IMG/VR virus record: IMGVR_UViG_3300006133_000009
DNA length: 59,079 bases
Reading direction: 5' to 3' (one strand)
DNA from: a virus
Part shown: positions 1 to 9,300 of the stretch, in pieces
Position numbering within the stretch: the first letter of the stretch is position 1
Layout of the letters: each line of letters starts with the position of its first letter
Translations under genes and position numbers: made by a program
The notes under the pieces: generated by a model
Told to the model about the DNA's origin: nothing
The model's database searches: none
Seen by the model: only the letters and a program-made list of their open reading frames with translations

Positions 1-77
1 GAGGTCGAATGTTCGGTGACGGTCTTTTCTTCTTCTTGAATGTCCCAACGGTAGAGATAACTTCCGTTGCCGACAGC
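1..77. repeat. Terminal overlap, identical to 59003..59079
   Basis: Read directly: gaggtcgaatgttcggtgacgg...ccgttgccgacagc occurs at both window ends. A minus-strand ORF reads through the junction without a stop. Confidence 0.95.
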
Positions 78-96
78 CTCCAAGGTTGAAGGCATT

Positions 97-1122
97 TCAT
101 CGTAAAATGCACGTTTCATAAAACTGAGGTTTAATTATAGTTTTGAGTAAATGTTTCGAGTTGCACACTTTCGCCCAGCCGAACCAACTGCAAAGACGCT
201 GTTTATATTCGGCGGCCGATATGTCGTTACGCTTGTTCAACCGAGCGGCGGCACGGCAAAAATTCTTCTTTATGCCTTTACGGATTAGCGTCTGATTGTG
301 ATAAAAGACAAATCCGACAAAATCCAAACCTCGACCGTGTTTGTCGTTTCGATTCTCCGCTATCGGAAATACTTGTTCGTTGCCTTTAAGCGATAGTTTG
401 AGCGTAGCGAGATATGCTTTAATCTCTTTGAGCAACGCTTGCAATTCTTCCTTGCTTGATGATAGAAATACCATATCATCGGCATATCGGAAGTAATACC
501 TAACGCGCTTGACCTCCTTAATCCAATGGTCGAAGTAAGCGAGCATAAGATTAGCGAAGTACTGACTTAGGTAGTTGCCGATAGGCACACCATCCGTACT
601 GTCGATTATCGTGTCTAAAAGTTTAAGCGTGTCGGCGCACTTGATTCTACGCCGGATTACTTGTTTAAGCACGTCATGGTCGATAGACGGATAGAACTTG
701 CGTACATCAATCTTCAGGCAATAGCGTGTATTCTCTTTGTCGCGTAGAGATTTCTTGACTTTCCGCATCGCGCCATGTATTCCTCGCCCTTTGATGCAAC
801 TGTATGTGTCGGTCGTGAATACCGATACCCATATAGGCTCTAACACATTCATAATCGCATGGTGCAAAATGCGGTCGGGATAATACGGAAGTCGGAATAT
901 CAAACGCTCTTTCGGCTCGTAGATTGTGAATGTCGAATAAGGCGAATTGACAAACGCCCGATTCTTCAGTTGCTCGTGAAGCGCGATGATGTTGGCTTCA
1001 CGGTTTTTGTCGTGAAGTCTTACACCATAGGAATTAATCTTGCCGCGCCTTGCCTTTTCATCGGCAAGTTGCAGATTCTCCAACGAGATTATTTTCTCAT
1101 ATAGATTTCCGATTCGCTTCAT
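97..1122 (-). CDS. DGR-type reverse transcriptase (341 aa)
   Basis: Has the RT catalytic motif RYADDMVF (YxDD). Has the DGR-RT hallmark IGNYLSQYFANLML (I/LGxxxSQ). Small size with no maturase or endonuclease domain. TR lies 148 nt upstream on the same strand. Confidence 0.9.
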   Translation of the reverse strand: MKRIGNLYEKIISLENLQLADEKARRGKINSYGVRLHDKNREANIIALHEQLKNRAFVNSPYSTFTIYEPKERLIFRLPYYPDRILHHAIMNVLEPIWVSVFTTDTYSCIKGRGIHGAMRKVKKSLRDKENTRYCLKIDVRKFYPSIDHDVLKQVIRRRIKCADTLKLLDTIIDSTDGVPIGNYLSQYFANLMLAYFDHWIKEVKRVRYYFRYADDMVFLSSSKEELQALLKEIKAYLATLKLSLKGNEQVFPIAENRNDKHGRGLDFVGFVFYHNQTLIRKGIKKNFCRAAARLNKRNDISAAEYKQRLCSWFGWAKVCNSKHLLKTIIKPQFYETCILR

Positions 1123-1270
1123 TAGCTTTGCTTTTCATTATTGGGGCTTTCGGCGGCGTGAATTGCTCCACGCTGCCTACTAACTCCGTTTTGAGGTGAA
1201 GTTTTTTGCCAAGTGGCACGGTCATTGCTCCGAGTTTTGAGTAGTTTTTTTTACCAGATTGAAAATCATT

Positions 1271-1378
1271 GACGGGACCTGACATTCGCATTCGTATTCG
1301 AGGGCGTGTTAGTCGCATTCGCATACGCAAAACCGGCATTCGCGCTGTTATTCGCATTACCGCTGAAAAGGACACCGC
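1271..1378 (-). repeat. DGR template repeat (TR), followed by a 148-nt spacer (1123..1270) before the RT start
   Basis: Aligns gap-free to 1843..1950 and over 105 nt to 42308..42412. Mismatches fall at TR adenines (T on the + strand). In the target reading frame the TR reads GVLFSGNANNSANAGFAYANATNTPSNTNANVRSRQ* with 9 AAY codons. Confidence 0.9.
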
Positions 1379-1400
1379 AAGAGCAATCAACCTTATATCG

Positions 1401-1763
1401 TCACTCGAAGTAATATCGGTTGCCGGTGACTTTCAGCGTCACTCTGCGAGGAAACGCATTGCGCTTCTTAATCTCGTTAAGAACGTACCGAATATCACGC
1501 GAGTTGGTGAAGAACTTTCGTGCGTCTTTATCCGGGTCATCAAGATTCATCTTGATTTTCACGAGGACGCGATTCTCGCCAAACTTCGTTTTCATTCCCT
1601 CGAAGAAGTCACACACCCAAAAGGTTGTGTTGATTAGATTCTGCTGATTCGTTTCTTTGCAGTTGAACTGCTTGTTTGTTTCGTCAGCCGGGATTTGGAG
1701 GAAGTCGAGCGAGCCATCATCGAATCTCTCTTTGTTTTCGATTGTTCCTTGTTTATTTCCCAT
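1401..1763 (-). CDS. Hypothetical protein in the DGR accessory (avd) position (120 aa)
   Basis: ORF lies between the target gene and the TR. AACGCAA-T-ATG start context. The sequence does not look like a four-helix-bundle Avd, so function is unassigned. Confidence 0.6.
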   Translation of the reverse strand: MGNKQGTIENKERFDDGSLDFLQIPADETNKQFNCKETNQQNLINTTFWVCDFFEGMKTKFGENRVLVKIKMNLDDPDKDARKFFTNSRDIRYVLNEIKKRNAFPRRVTLKVTGNRYYFE

Positions 1764-1819
1764 ATTGCGTTGTTGATTATTATGTTACTTGTCGTTTTTC
1801 GGGGGCGCGGCGTGCCGTG

Positions 1820-3262
1820 TTACGCTTTTGGGAAAAAGCAAAGACGGGACCCGACAGCCGCATACGTACTCGAGGGCGCGTTAGTAGCAGACGCACACGC
1901 AAAACCGGCATGCGCGCCGTGAATCGCACTACCGCCGAAAAGGACACCGCGCAGAGTTTCAGCACTTGGAATGTTAGTATAGTGGTAGTCGCAGAAATAC
2001 GTTGTCGAGCCTGCGCCGGAGCTTACAGACGGCATGATTTCGCCGTACTCTCCGAAGATTATCTCTTTGACATATCCATCGTTTCGAGCTTCGTTGCCAA
2101 CGTGCGAATAGCCGTTGTAGTTGCTGTCGGTGAATTTCTCCGGGTCATCACATACGAACACTTTGCTTAATCCGTCACCGGTCGGAGCGTTGGGACTGAT
2201 ACGGATATTGATGCCGTCAGTCCATTTCCAAATGTGTCCGAAAGGATTTTCTATGCCACGGTAACGAGGCACTGTAAAGGTGTCAATGTAGTCACCGTTT
2301 TCGGTGTATAGGTAGTAATCTACGATGCCAGACTTGTTGCCGTGGTGGTCTGTATACCCACATGGAATGAAAGGATAGTTTCCATTGAAAATGCTCCAAC
2401 TGTTCCAATCCCATGTAGTCACGCCATCGCCCAAACCGCCTTGACGATAGCCCTCCGAAGTTAATTGGGGGTTGTATGCAGCTTGGCTGTTGAGCGTGGC
2501 ATATTCGATAACGAATAACCAATAAAGCGTCTTTTGAGCTTCATAGGTCATGCAGTTCCATTCCGTGCTTCCGGCTTTACGATTGCGAGCGTAAGCACGG
2601 AAGTTTGTGCGACTGATGCCAGTAACCGGGCGACCGAGTGCCGAACGGCATGTGCCATCCCAAGCACTTTGATTTCCGCAGCCTCGGAAGTCGGCAGAAT
2701 CGTTCACGACTGATGAAAGTTTGTTGCCGGTACGCTGCAATGCCGCTTCGTATGCCGATATATACATTTTCGGAACGTGATGATAGCCGGGCAGAGGGTG
2801 TTCTGAGATTTTCACGCGCTGTTTGTTGCCGCTTGTTTCAAACTTGCGGTAGTGGTCGGGGATTTCGACCATTACTTGACCGCGTGAGCCGTCACGAGTA
2901 GAGCCGAGCCACGATTCCGGCGGCAGATACTCGACAACTTCGCCGTCATCGTTGAGCAAGCATCCTTTCATGCGGTTGTGAATCGGGAGCGAGCGGTGCA
3001 AGTCCGCGTTGCCGATTCGGGTGCAAGCCGGAGATGATACGGTTTTATCACGCTCAATGCCATAGGCGCATTGGCTCTCCAAATAAGGGAGCATAGACGC
3101 GAGCGCGGCTTTCTTGCTTTCGCCGTCTTTGTCGATAACGTGAGTTACGAGATTGAACGGATTGGTGCCGTCAACTTCCGGCAAGTCTTGAATGCGTTTG
3201 CCGCCCTCAAACGCTGCAAGCATCTGAATAACGACTGCTTCTTGTGCTGATGTTAATGCCAT
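1820..3262 (-). CDS. DGR target protein 1, tail-fibre/receptor-binding candidate with C-terminal VR (480 aa)
   Basis: C-terminus LFGGSAIHGAHAGFACASATNAPSSTYAAVGSRLCFFPKA carries VR1. This is the typical C-type-lectin/FGE-like DGR variable-domain ending (GxRLC). Lies in the tail-fibre gene block. Confidence 0.85.
   Translation of the reverse strand: MALTSAQEAVVIQMLAAFEGGKRIQDLPEVDGTNPFNLVTHVIDKDGESKKAALASMLPYLESQCAYGIERDKTVSSPACTRIGNADLHRSLPIHNRMKGCLLNDDGEVVEYLPPESWLGSTRDGSRGQVMVEIPDHYRKFETSGNKQRVKISEHPLPGYHHVPKMYISAYEAALQRTGNKLSSVVNDSADFRGCGNQSAWDGTCRSALGRPVTGISRTNFRAYARNRKAGSTEWNCMTYEAQKTLYWLFVIEYATLNSQAAYNPQLTSEGYRQGGLGDGVTTWDWNSWSIFNGNYPFIPCGYTDHHGNKSGIVDYYLYTENGDYIDTFTVPRYRGIENPFGHIWKWTDGINIRISPNAPTGDGLSKVFVCDDPEKFTDSNYNGYSHVGNEARNDGYVKEIIFGEYGEIMPSVSSGAGSTTYFCDYHYTNIPSAETLRGVLFGGSAIHGAHAGFACASATNAPSSTYAAVGSRLCFFPKA
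1843..1950 (-). repeat. DGR variable repeat VR1
   Basis: 108 nt aligned to the TR with 16 mismatches. 15 are at TR adenines and 1 is a synonymous GCG-to-GCT change. Lies in the last ~43 codons of the 480-aa ORF. Confidence 0.9.
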
Positions 3263-3279
3263 ATATAAATATTTAGAGG

Positions 3280-4032
3280 TTAGTTGAATAGGAAATTACC
3301 CGAAGAGAGTAACATTGCGGTATTGCGATTCTTGACAAATGCAAGTCCGGCGCACTTAACTCTTATCGAGATTGTCTTGTATAGCTGTGTGTTGCCGGTC
3401 GGTATAACGTGAATCACGCTTACACCCTCGTGATTTATCGTTATTCGACCGTCCGGCGCGACTGACACGGCGTTATTGTCGCCGAGATACATAATGTTCG
3501 GCAGCGAATATCCCGGCTGGAGCTTGGCGCGTATGAATATCTCGGCGAGATTTCCGAGTGTCAGCTCTTCCGGGTATTCAACCGTCATGCCGGTAGGAAG
3601 CAACCCAAGCGATGTTACTTGTGAAGCTGCGTCAATCAACGCTTGACACAGTTCCGTAGCCGAGATTGTTTCTTCTTTCGCCGTGAGTGCTTCTTCTGCG
3701 GCTGTGTTGGCTGCTATTGTCGCCGCTGAAGCTGCTGCGGCTTGCGTGTTAGCGTTTCCGGCGGCTGTGTTGGCTGCATTCGCCATTTGCAACGCTTGTT
3801 CCTTTGCTGCGTTGGCGTTTGCCGCCGTCGTGAGTGCTTCTTCTGCGGAAACGACACAAAACCACCATGCCTTATCGGTAACGGCATGATTCGTGTTGCC
3901 GTCTTTGATAGACAAATACGCGCCGTTGTTGTGTGAAACGAGGTCTAAACGCTCGTATGTTGTCGCTGTTGAATATGCGCCTTTGGGCGATATTGCGACT
4001 TTTCCTAAGTCGATTGATAAATTGCCTGGCAT
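3280..4032 (-). CDS. Tail-fibre-associated protein with Ala-rich coiled segment and Ig-like C-terminus (250 aa)
   Basis: ORF in the tail module. The C-terminal VSVAPDGRITINHEGVSVIHVIPTGNTQLYKTISIRV resembles a Big_2-type Ig domain. Confidence 0.5.
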   Translation of the reverse strand: MPGNLSIDLGKVAISPKGAYSTATTYERLDLVSHNNGAYLSIKDGNTNHAVTDKAWWFCVVSAEEALTTAANANAAKEQALQMANAANTAAGNANTQAAAASAATIAANTAAEEALTAKEETISATELCQALIDAASQVTSLGLLPTGMTVEYPEELTLGNLAEIFIRAKLQPGYSLPNIMYLGDNNAVSVAPDGRITINHEGVSVIHVIPTGNTQLYKTISIRVKCAGLAFVKNRNTAMLLSSGNFLFN

Positions 4033-4035
4033 AGA

Positions 4036-4854
4036 TTACTGATATATGAATTTTAAGTGACCTGTTTCCTTGTCGAGAATGAATTGATTTTCGGCGATTT
4101 GGTCTTGATAATACATTACGAGGTGCATATTGCTGTCATCAACGATAAATGACGGATAAAGCACACCGCCTTTTGCGAGAATGCCGGTATCAACATACTT
4201 TTTGGCTGTTTCATCCCACTTCCACCAATTACCATTTTCGCCCATTTTCGGGGGATTGTCGGCTTGCTCTTTTGCTCGACCGGCTTGTTTGTCAGCTTCT
4301 TTAGCTGAATTGTTCGCGGTCGTAGCTGCATTGTTGGCGTTAGTGGCTGCAGCATTAGCATTTTTCGTAGCGTCTGCGGCGGCTTCCTTTGAATCGTCAA
4401 CACTCTTCGCGGCATCGTTGGCGGCTTTCGTAGCGTCTTCGGCATTCTTCTTTAGAGTGGCGTGTTCTGTCACTCTATTCAATTCAGAGGTTACGCGAGC
4501 ATTCTCGGCTTGTTTCCGGGCATTTTCATTATTGATGCGTGTAGTTTCATTATTCTTTCGCGTCTGCTCGTTTGACTGTCGTGTTTGCTCATTCGATTGT
4601 CGGGTCTGCTCGTTGGCTTCAATGGCTTTGCGTGAATTATCGGCATTCGTGGCGGCTGTATTCGCTCGTTGAGTAGCTTTGTCGGCGTTGTTGATAGCGG
4701 TTTCAACGCCCGATTTGAGCGATGCGATAGTGTCAGCGATATATTGCAGCGACACTCGGACGCTTCGGTTAAGAGCGTCAACGCCGATAGTCCACAAGCC
4801 GTTGAATGCGGTTGACGGAGTAAGCTCCGATATTTTCTTTCTTATTGCACCCAT
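4036..4854 (-). CDS. Tail-fibre-like coiled-coil protein with heptad tandem repeats (272 aa)
   Basis: Carries NEQTRQS NEQTRQS NEQTRKN NETTRIN NENARKQ AENARVT repeats and Asn/Ala-rich coiled coil. Lies in the tail module. Confidence 0.55.
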   Translation of the reverse strand: MGAIRKKISELTPSTAFNGLWTIGVDALNRSVRVSLQYIADTIASLKSGVETAINNADKATQRANTAATNADNSRKAIEANEQTRQSNEQTRQSNEQTRKNNETTRINNENARKQAENARVTSELNRVTEHATLKKNAEDATKAANDAAKSVDDSKEAAADATKNANAAATNANNAATTANNSAKEADKQAGRAKEQADNPPKMGENGNWWKWDETAKKYVDTGILAKGGVLYPSFIVDDSNMHLVMYYQDQIAENQFILDKETGHLKFIYQ

Positions 4855-4856
4855 AT

Positions 4857-5846
4857 CTATTCGTGTAGTTTCAAGTTAATTTCTACATCCTCGCTTCCCG
4901 GCTCGGTAATGACTATCTCTCCGTCTTCGGTTGCAAGCACGAAATAATTGCCGAGAGGTCGGCAGTTCGTGAATGTGAGCGTAGTGGTAAATTCGCACCA
5001 AACCGAGCCATTGCGCCGAATGTCAAACTTCGTCACGCTGTTGCTCTTATAGTGACATTCGAACTCATCTATCGGGTTGTCGATATATAACTTTCGCGAT
5101 TCCGGCTTCAATACGACCGCCCAAAAGGAGTACCACCGTTGCCAAAAGTCCGAAATGCTCGGAGCGTGTATCAACAACTTCAGTCCTACATCTTTCGACT
5201 TATACATTACCCAGTCATTGTCATACACGACACCCGGCGAGTTTTTGACATTGACGGTAAGATTCGCCCTTACATTCGGAGCTTTCTCTATATTGTCATC
5301 GGTGCCGTCAAGCACATAGATTCCAAAGCGAGAAAAATCTATATCGTCAAGTTCATAGCCTTTCTGCTTGAATCCGGCTGGAGCTGTCGCATACGGCTTA
5401 TGATTCAATATGATGTTGGAATCGTCCAAATCATCTTCATTAATGAAGTCGTTAAGCACGACCGGGGGGAAGTCATCTGCGAAGTTGACCGATATTTTGC
5501 CGAGATGAATCAGAGCCGACCGCGAGGGGTTTCCGACAAGTCGCAACTTGTAAGACTTGGAGAGTTCTGCAAAATGGAATGTGTGATATGATTTGTCCGA
5601 CAGCAATTCAAAAAGATTGTCGACCATATCAATTTCAGTGATGCAGAACTGAATCGCGAATGTCTTTGTGTCGAGAATCGGACTTGTGAGGTCGGTTTCC
5701 TCGCCGTCATACTCATCCCATTCGGTAGATTCCAACTTTTTGAAAGAGGGCATCTGTACGAGTGCCTTGTACCCGTACTGTTCAACGAATACGCCATATT
5801 CGGCGTAAGCGTCTTTGCCGTCTATCAAAAGTTTGTTGAACATCAT
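4857..5846 (-). CDS. Distal tail protein (Dit)-like (329 aa)
   Basis: Lies shortly after the tape measure gene. The N-terminus LLIDGKDAYAEYGVFV...EWDEYDGEETDL resembles siphovirus tail-family proteins. Confidence 0.45.
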   Translation of the reverse strand: MMFNKLLIDGKDAYAEYGVFVEQYGYKALVQMPSFKKLESTEWDEYDGEETDLTSPILDTKTFAIQFCITEIDMVDNLFELLSDKSYHTFHFAELSKSYKLRLVGNPSRSALIHLGKISVNFADDFPPVVLNDFINEDDLDDSNIILNHKPYATAPAGFKQKGYELDDIDFSRFGIYVLDGTDDNIEKAPNVRANLTVNVKNSPGVVYDNDWVMYKSKDVGLKLLIHAPSISDFWQRWYSFWAVVLKPESRKLYIDNPIDEFECHYKSNSVTKFDIRRNGSVWCEFTTTLTFTNCRPLGNYFVLATEDGEIVITEPGSEDVEINLKLHE

Positions 5847-6328
5847 AATACTTTTGCGTTGTCTTGTGTCATTATCGCGACTTGTGATTTTTTGTCATTC
5901 TCGATTTTCACCACACTATACCCGGAAGCTATCACAGTAGCTTTCGCGCCACACATAAGGCATACCGTATAGGCTGCGGTTTTCCGGCATTTCACTACGG
6001 CTGTGGTATCACCCACCAAAAAGACATTTTGGGTATCGGTGAGCGTGATTTCTCCGAAGTCGATATACACGCCGAGGCGTTCCGGGTTGTACGGTTTGAA
6101 CTTGCGGAACGTGTTGAGCTTCGGAAACTCAAACGAGGTCATAAACTCTCTGCCTTGTGCCGAGAACATAAGACGCACCAATTCCGGGAGGTCTTCATAA
6201 CCGGCGAACATCTGACACTCGGCGAGCTTCCGAGCAACATCATGCCGCCCGGCTCTCTCGCATTGAGCTTGCGCCTTTGACTTGGCTTTGAGCCAATCTC
6301 GTTGTATGGATTGTATTAGCTGATTCAT
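5843..6328 (-). CDS. Hypothetical tail-module protein (161 aa)
   Basis: ORF start overlaps the tape measure stop, and its stop overlaps the downstream ORF start. Confidence 0.5.
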   Translation of the reverse strand: MNQLIQSIQRDWLKAKSKAQAQCERAGRHDVARKLAECQMFAGYEDLPELVRLMFSAQGREFMTSFEFPKLNTFRKFKPYNPERLGVYIDFGEITLTDTQNVFLVGDTTAVVKCRKTAAYTVCLMCGAKATVIASGYSVVKIENDKKSQVAIMTQDNAKVL

Positions 6329-9300
6329 TATGTCCTGATTTTAAGTCCGCGACTTTCGATTTCGTCAACGCTGCTTTTTATCGCTTTCACATCGGTTTTT
6401 ACATCATTGAGCTTATCGTTTGTTTCTTTGGTGTTTTCCCGGATGCCGGTAGCGACTTCAAGTAGCTTGTTACCGGTGGCGTTAAGCTCTTTCACGCCTT
6501 GCACGAGCGTATATGTATGCTCTTGAATCGTTGTCAGTCGGGCGTTGTTTTCATCTACGCTGTCTTGTGACGCTGTGGCGATTCCTTTCTGCGTACCCTC
6601 ACGCTCGGCATCGTCTAACGGTGCAAACCACTTCTTCCAATCTTCCGGCATATTCTGCCATACTTGCATGAAGTTCGAGCCGACTTCGTTCAAGTCCGAG
6701 GATAGGGAGTTCATCGAGTTAATCACGTTGTCAATGCCTTTGAATCGACCGTCAGAGCCAAACCACTTCGTCTTGTATTTGTCGAATATCTGCCCGATAG
6801 GTTCTTCTATCAGTTTCGATATAAGCATTCGTTTCGTGATGTCGGCTATAATGTCCTTGACGGTCGAGTGCCACGCTTCCATTGCGTCTTCGCCTTGTGC
6901 GGCCGCGTCAATGAATGCGTCACCGAGCCGCTTTGAAATGTCGGCAGAACTGCCACCGATAATGTCCTCTAACATCTCGTTGATGATAGTGGCCATTTCG
7001 TGGGCTATCTCTTGAATTTGGCGTTGCCAATCTTCAATCTTGCCGTTATCGGTGTCTTTTTTGTCGCGCTCTTGATTGATTTGCCGTTGAATCAAGATTT
7101 GTTGCTCGGCAAGGTTCTCAATCTGTTTGCGCGATTCTTCATATTTCTTGCCGCCGAGAGCTTTGTCAGCGGTATATCCGACACCGGCGTATGCGTCTGC
7201 GAGCTTCTGAATGGATTTCTCGTAAATCTCGTTACGATACACCATTTGACCGAGAGTGCGTACCCACCAATTTGAATACTGCTGTGTGGATAGATGCAAG
7301 TGTAACACTTCCTCGGTCGTAGCTCGATAGACGCTGTTTAGTTTCTTGACGGCATCGCCTACGCGCTCTTTGAATCGTACTGTGTCGGCATTGTCAAGTT
7401 CCCATTGCAGTTGGTCGATACGCTCTTGCAGCCGCTCGATTTCTTTCTGCTTGGATTCATCGTCATTGAACAAGCTCGCTATCGCTGTCGCTATTTGCAG
7501 AGCGGCAGAGATTACGGTCAGAATGATAGACGCTTTCTCAACTGTCGATATTGAAGTGGCGGTCGTTTGTGCGGTCGCTTGTGTCGCTGTTCCTGCGGCT
7601 TCGGCTGTCTGTGCAACATCTTTCGACACACTCTTGCCGACATCTCCGATTGCCGAGATTACATCTCCGGCAGCGTCCACGACTTCATCAATGAAGCCGA
7701 GTGCCTTATCCATGCTGTCGGCAATATCGCCGGAGAATATGCGAGCGAGCTTCGATGCACGACCGCCGAGGTCTGTAACGACCGTTCCGGCAGATTTGAG
7801 CTGTGTCGCGAATGTCTTGTATGACTTCGTGACATTGTTCCGGGCGTTCAACACTCGTTGGTCTGCTTGTTGGCTCTTGGTCTTCGCGTCAGTAAGTTTC
7901 TTTTCTGAAGCTGTGACACGCTCGTTAGCGTCTGCAAGTTCTTGGCAGTCTTGCGCGAGTTCGCCGGTTTCGATTTGACCGAGAATCTCATTCTTTGCGA
8001 GCAATGCGGCTCTGTACTCGGATTCCGCATCGTTCAACACCGACTGCGCGGCGGCTACTTCGGCGAGTGCCGCCACAAGCTCGTCCTTTGATGTTGATAT
8101 GTCTTTGAATGACTTGTGCAGGGCGGTGAACGGATTGCGTGATGCTATCTCGTTCTCCATTGCGGTTATTGCCTCCTGGAATGTCTTTATCTGCTCAACG
8201 CTCATGCCGTCTTTCTCGCGGTTAAAGTATGTTCTAACCTTGTCGAGAGCGTATTGCAATGACTGAAGCGACTGATTGCCGAGGTCGCCAAAGACAACAT
8301 CCCAATTTATGGTCTTCTTGAAGTCTTCAGCTTTCAGCGATGCAAACGCTTCTTCCATTTTTTTCATTGCTTCCGGCAATAAGTCCGGCGCGATTGATGC
8401 GACAGTGTTAATCTTCTTCGCCCATTCGATAGTCAGCTTGTCGAATTTGTCATCATAAGAGCCAAATTCGTCTATTAACTGATTCATATACTTTGTGCGG
8501 ACTTCCGCGAGTTGACGCTCTACCGAATTGGCTATGTCGGTCAAACCTTGTGCGTAATTGTTGGCAACATCTTTATTTTTCAGAAGTTCAGTCACCCAAT
8601 CTTGCAGCGAGCGTTTGCCTTGTTCGGAGTTCTCCCACGCTTCTTCAGTCGCGCCTTTCTGCGTCATAAATATTGCGTGTGCGTTGTCGCGCATAGCTCC
8701 GGCAAGTTCAAGCAACGATTGCTCCCACGCTTTTTTGCGGTCTGCTCCGTTCTTGCGTATCGTAGCGAGTTCTTTTGCATATCCGGCTTCCATGCCGTCA
8801 ATCATCGCTTGCGAGATTGCGTTATTGGTGTCGGATATGTATTTCTTCACCTCAGCTTGATACTCGGCAAGAAGTTTGCGTTGCTCTCGTGCGGCGGCTT
8901 TCGGGTCAAAAGTCTTGCCGCTTCCACCTTTGCCGCCGGATTTTGGGTCAATGTGAACTACATCGAAGTGATTTTCTTCCTGAAATGCCTCAAGCTCCGC
9001 TTTCTGCTTAGTCATTTCCTCTTTCCACATATCGGCTTCGTCTTGCGCTTCTTTCGTGATACGCGCCCGGCGTTCATCGTTGCTTTCTCCAAACCAACGA
9101 GCCGGATTATACCAACCTCGGTCAAATTCGCCGTTTTCGGCTTTGTGAGCGATTTCGAGAGCTTCAACGTATGCTTCCACATACTTGTTGAGCAAACCTT
9201 GCTGTACGGCTTTCATCCGCAGCATCTCGCAATACGCCGGACCGCGTTCGGTCAATACTCGCTCCCATTGTTCGAGAGAATCATAATATCCAAGAGCTTC

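Noticed and set aside
1-77. The 77-bp end repeat as att sites or a biological direct terminal repeat
   Set aside because: The length and exactness fit an assembler overlap, and a coding frame runs straight through it. Sequence alone cannot show that it is a physical terminus.
97-1122. RT as a retron or group II intron RT
   Set aside because: It has no maturase or endonuclease domain and I saw no intron-like flanks. I also saw no msr/msd-type inverted repeats. The adjacent TR/VR set with adenine-specific mismatches, together with the SQ motif, fits a DGR.
1313-1316. Single non-adenine TR/VR1 mismatch (+ strand c at 1314 versus a at 1886) as evidence against a DGR
   Set aside because: It is one position out of 16, it is synonymous (GCG to GCT, Ala), and it is absent from VR2. 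Ordinary drift explains it.
1097-1390. 97-aa ORF over the TR, plus the Arg-rich ORFs at 1269..1637(+), 1676..2170(+), 1780..1965(-) and 42246..42734(+)
   Set aside because: These are off-frame or antisense translations of the TR and VR repeats. They share the RMPVLR / TGPD.RIR signatures only because the DNA is repeated. The TR is expected to act as RNA, and the VRs are read in the target-gene frame.
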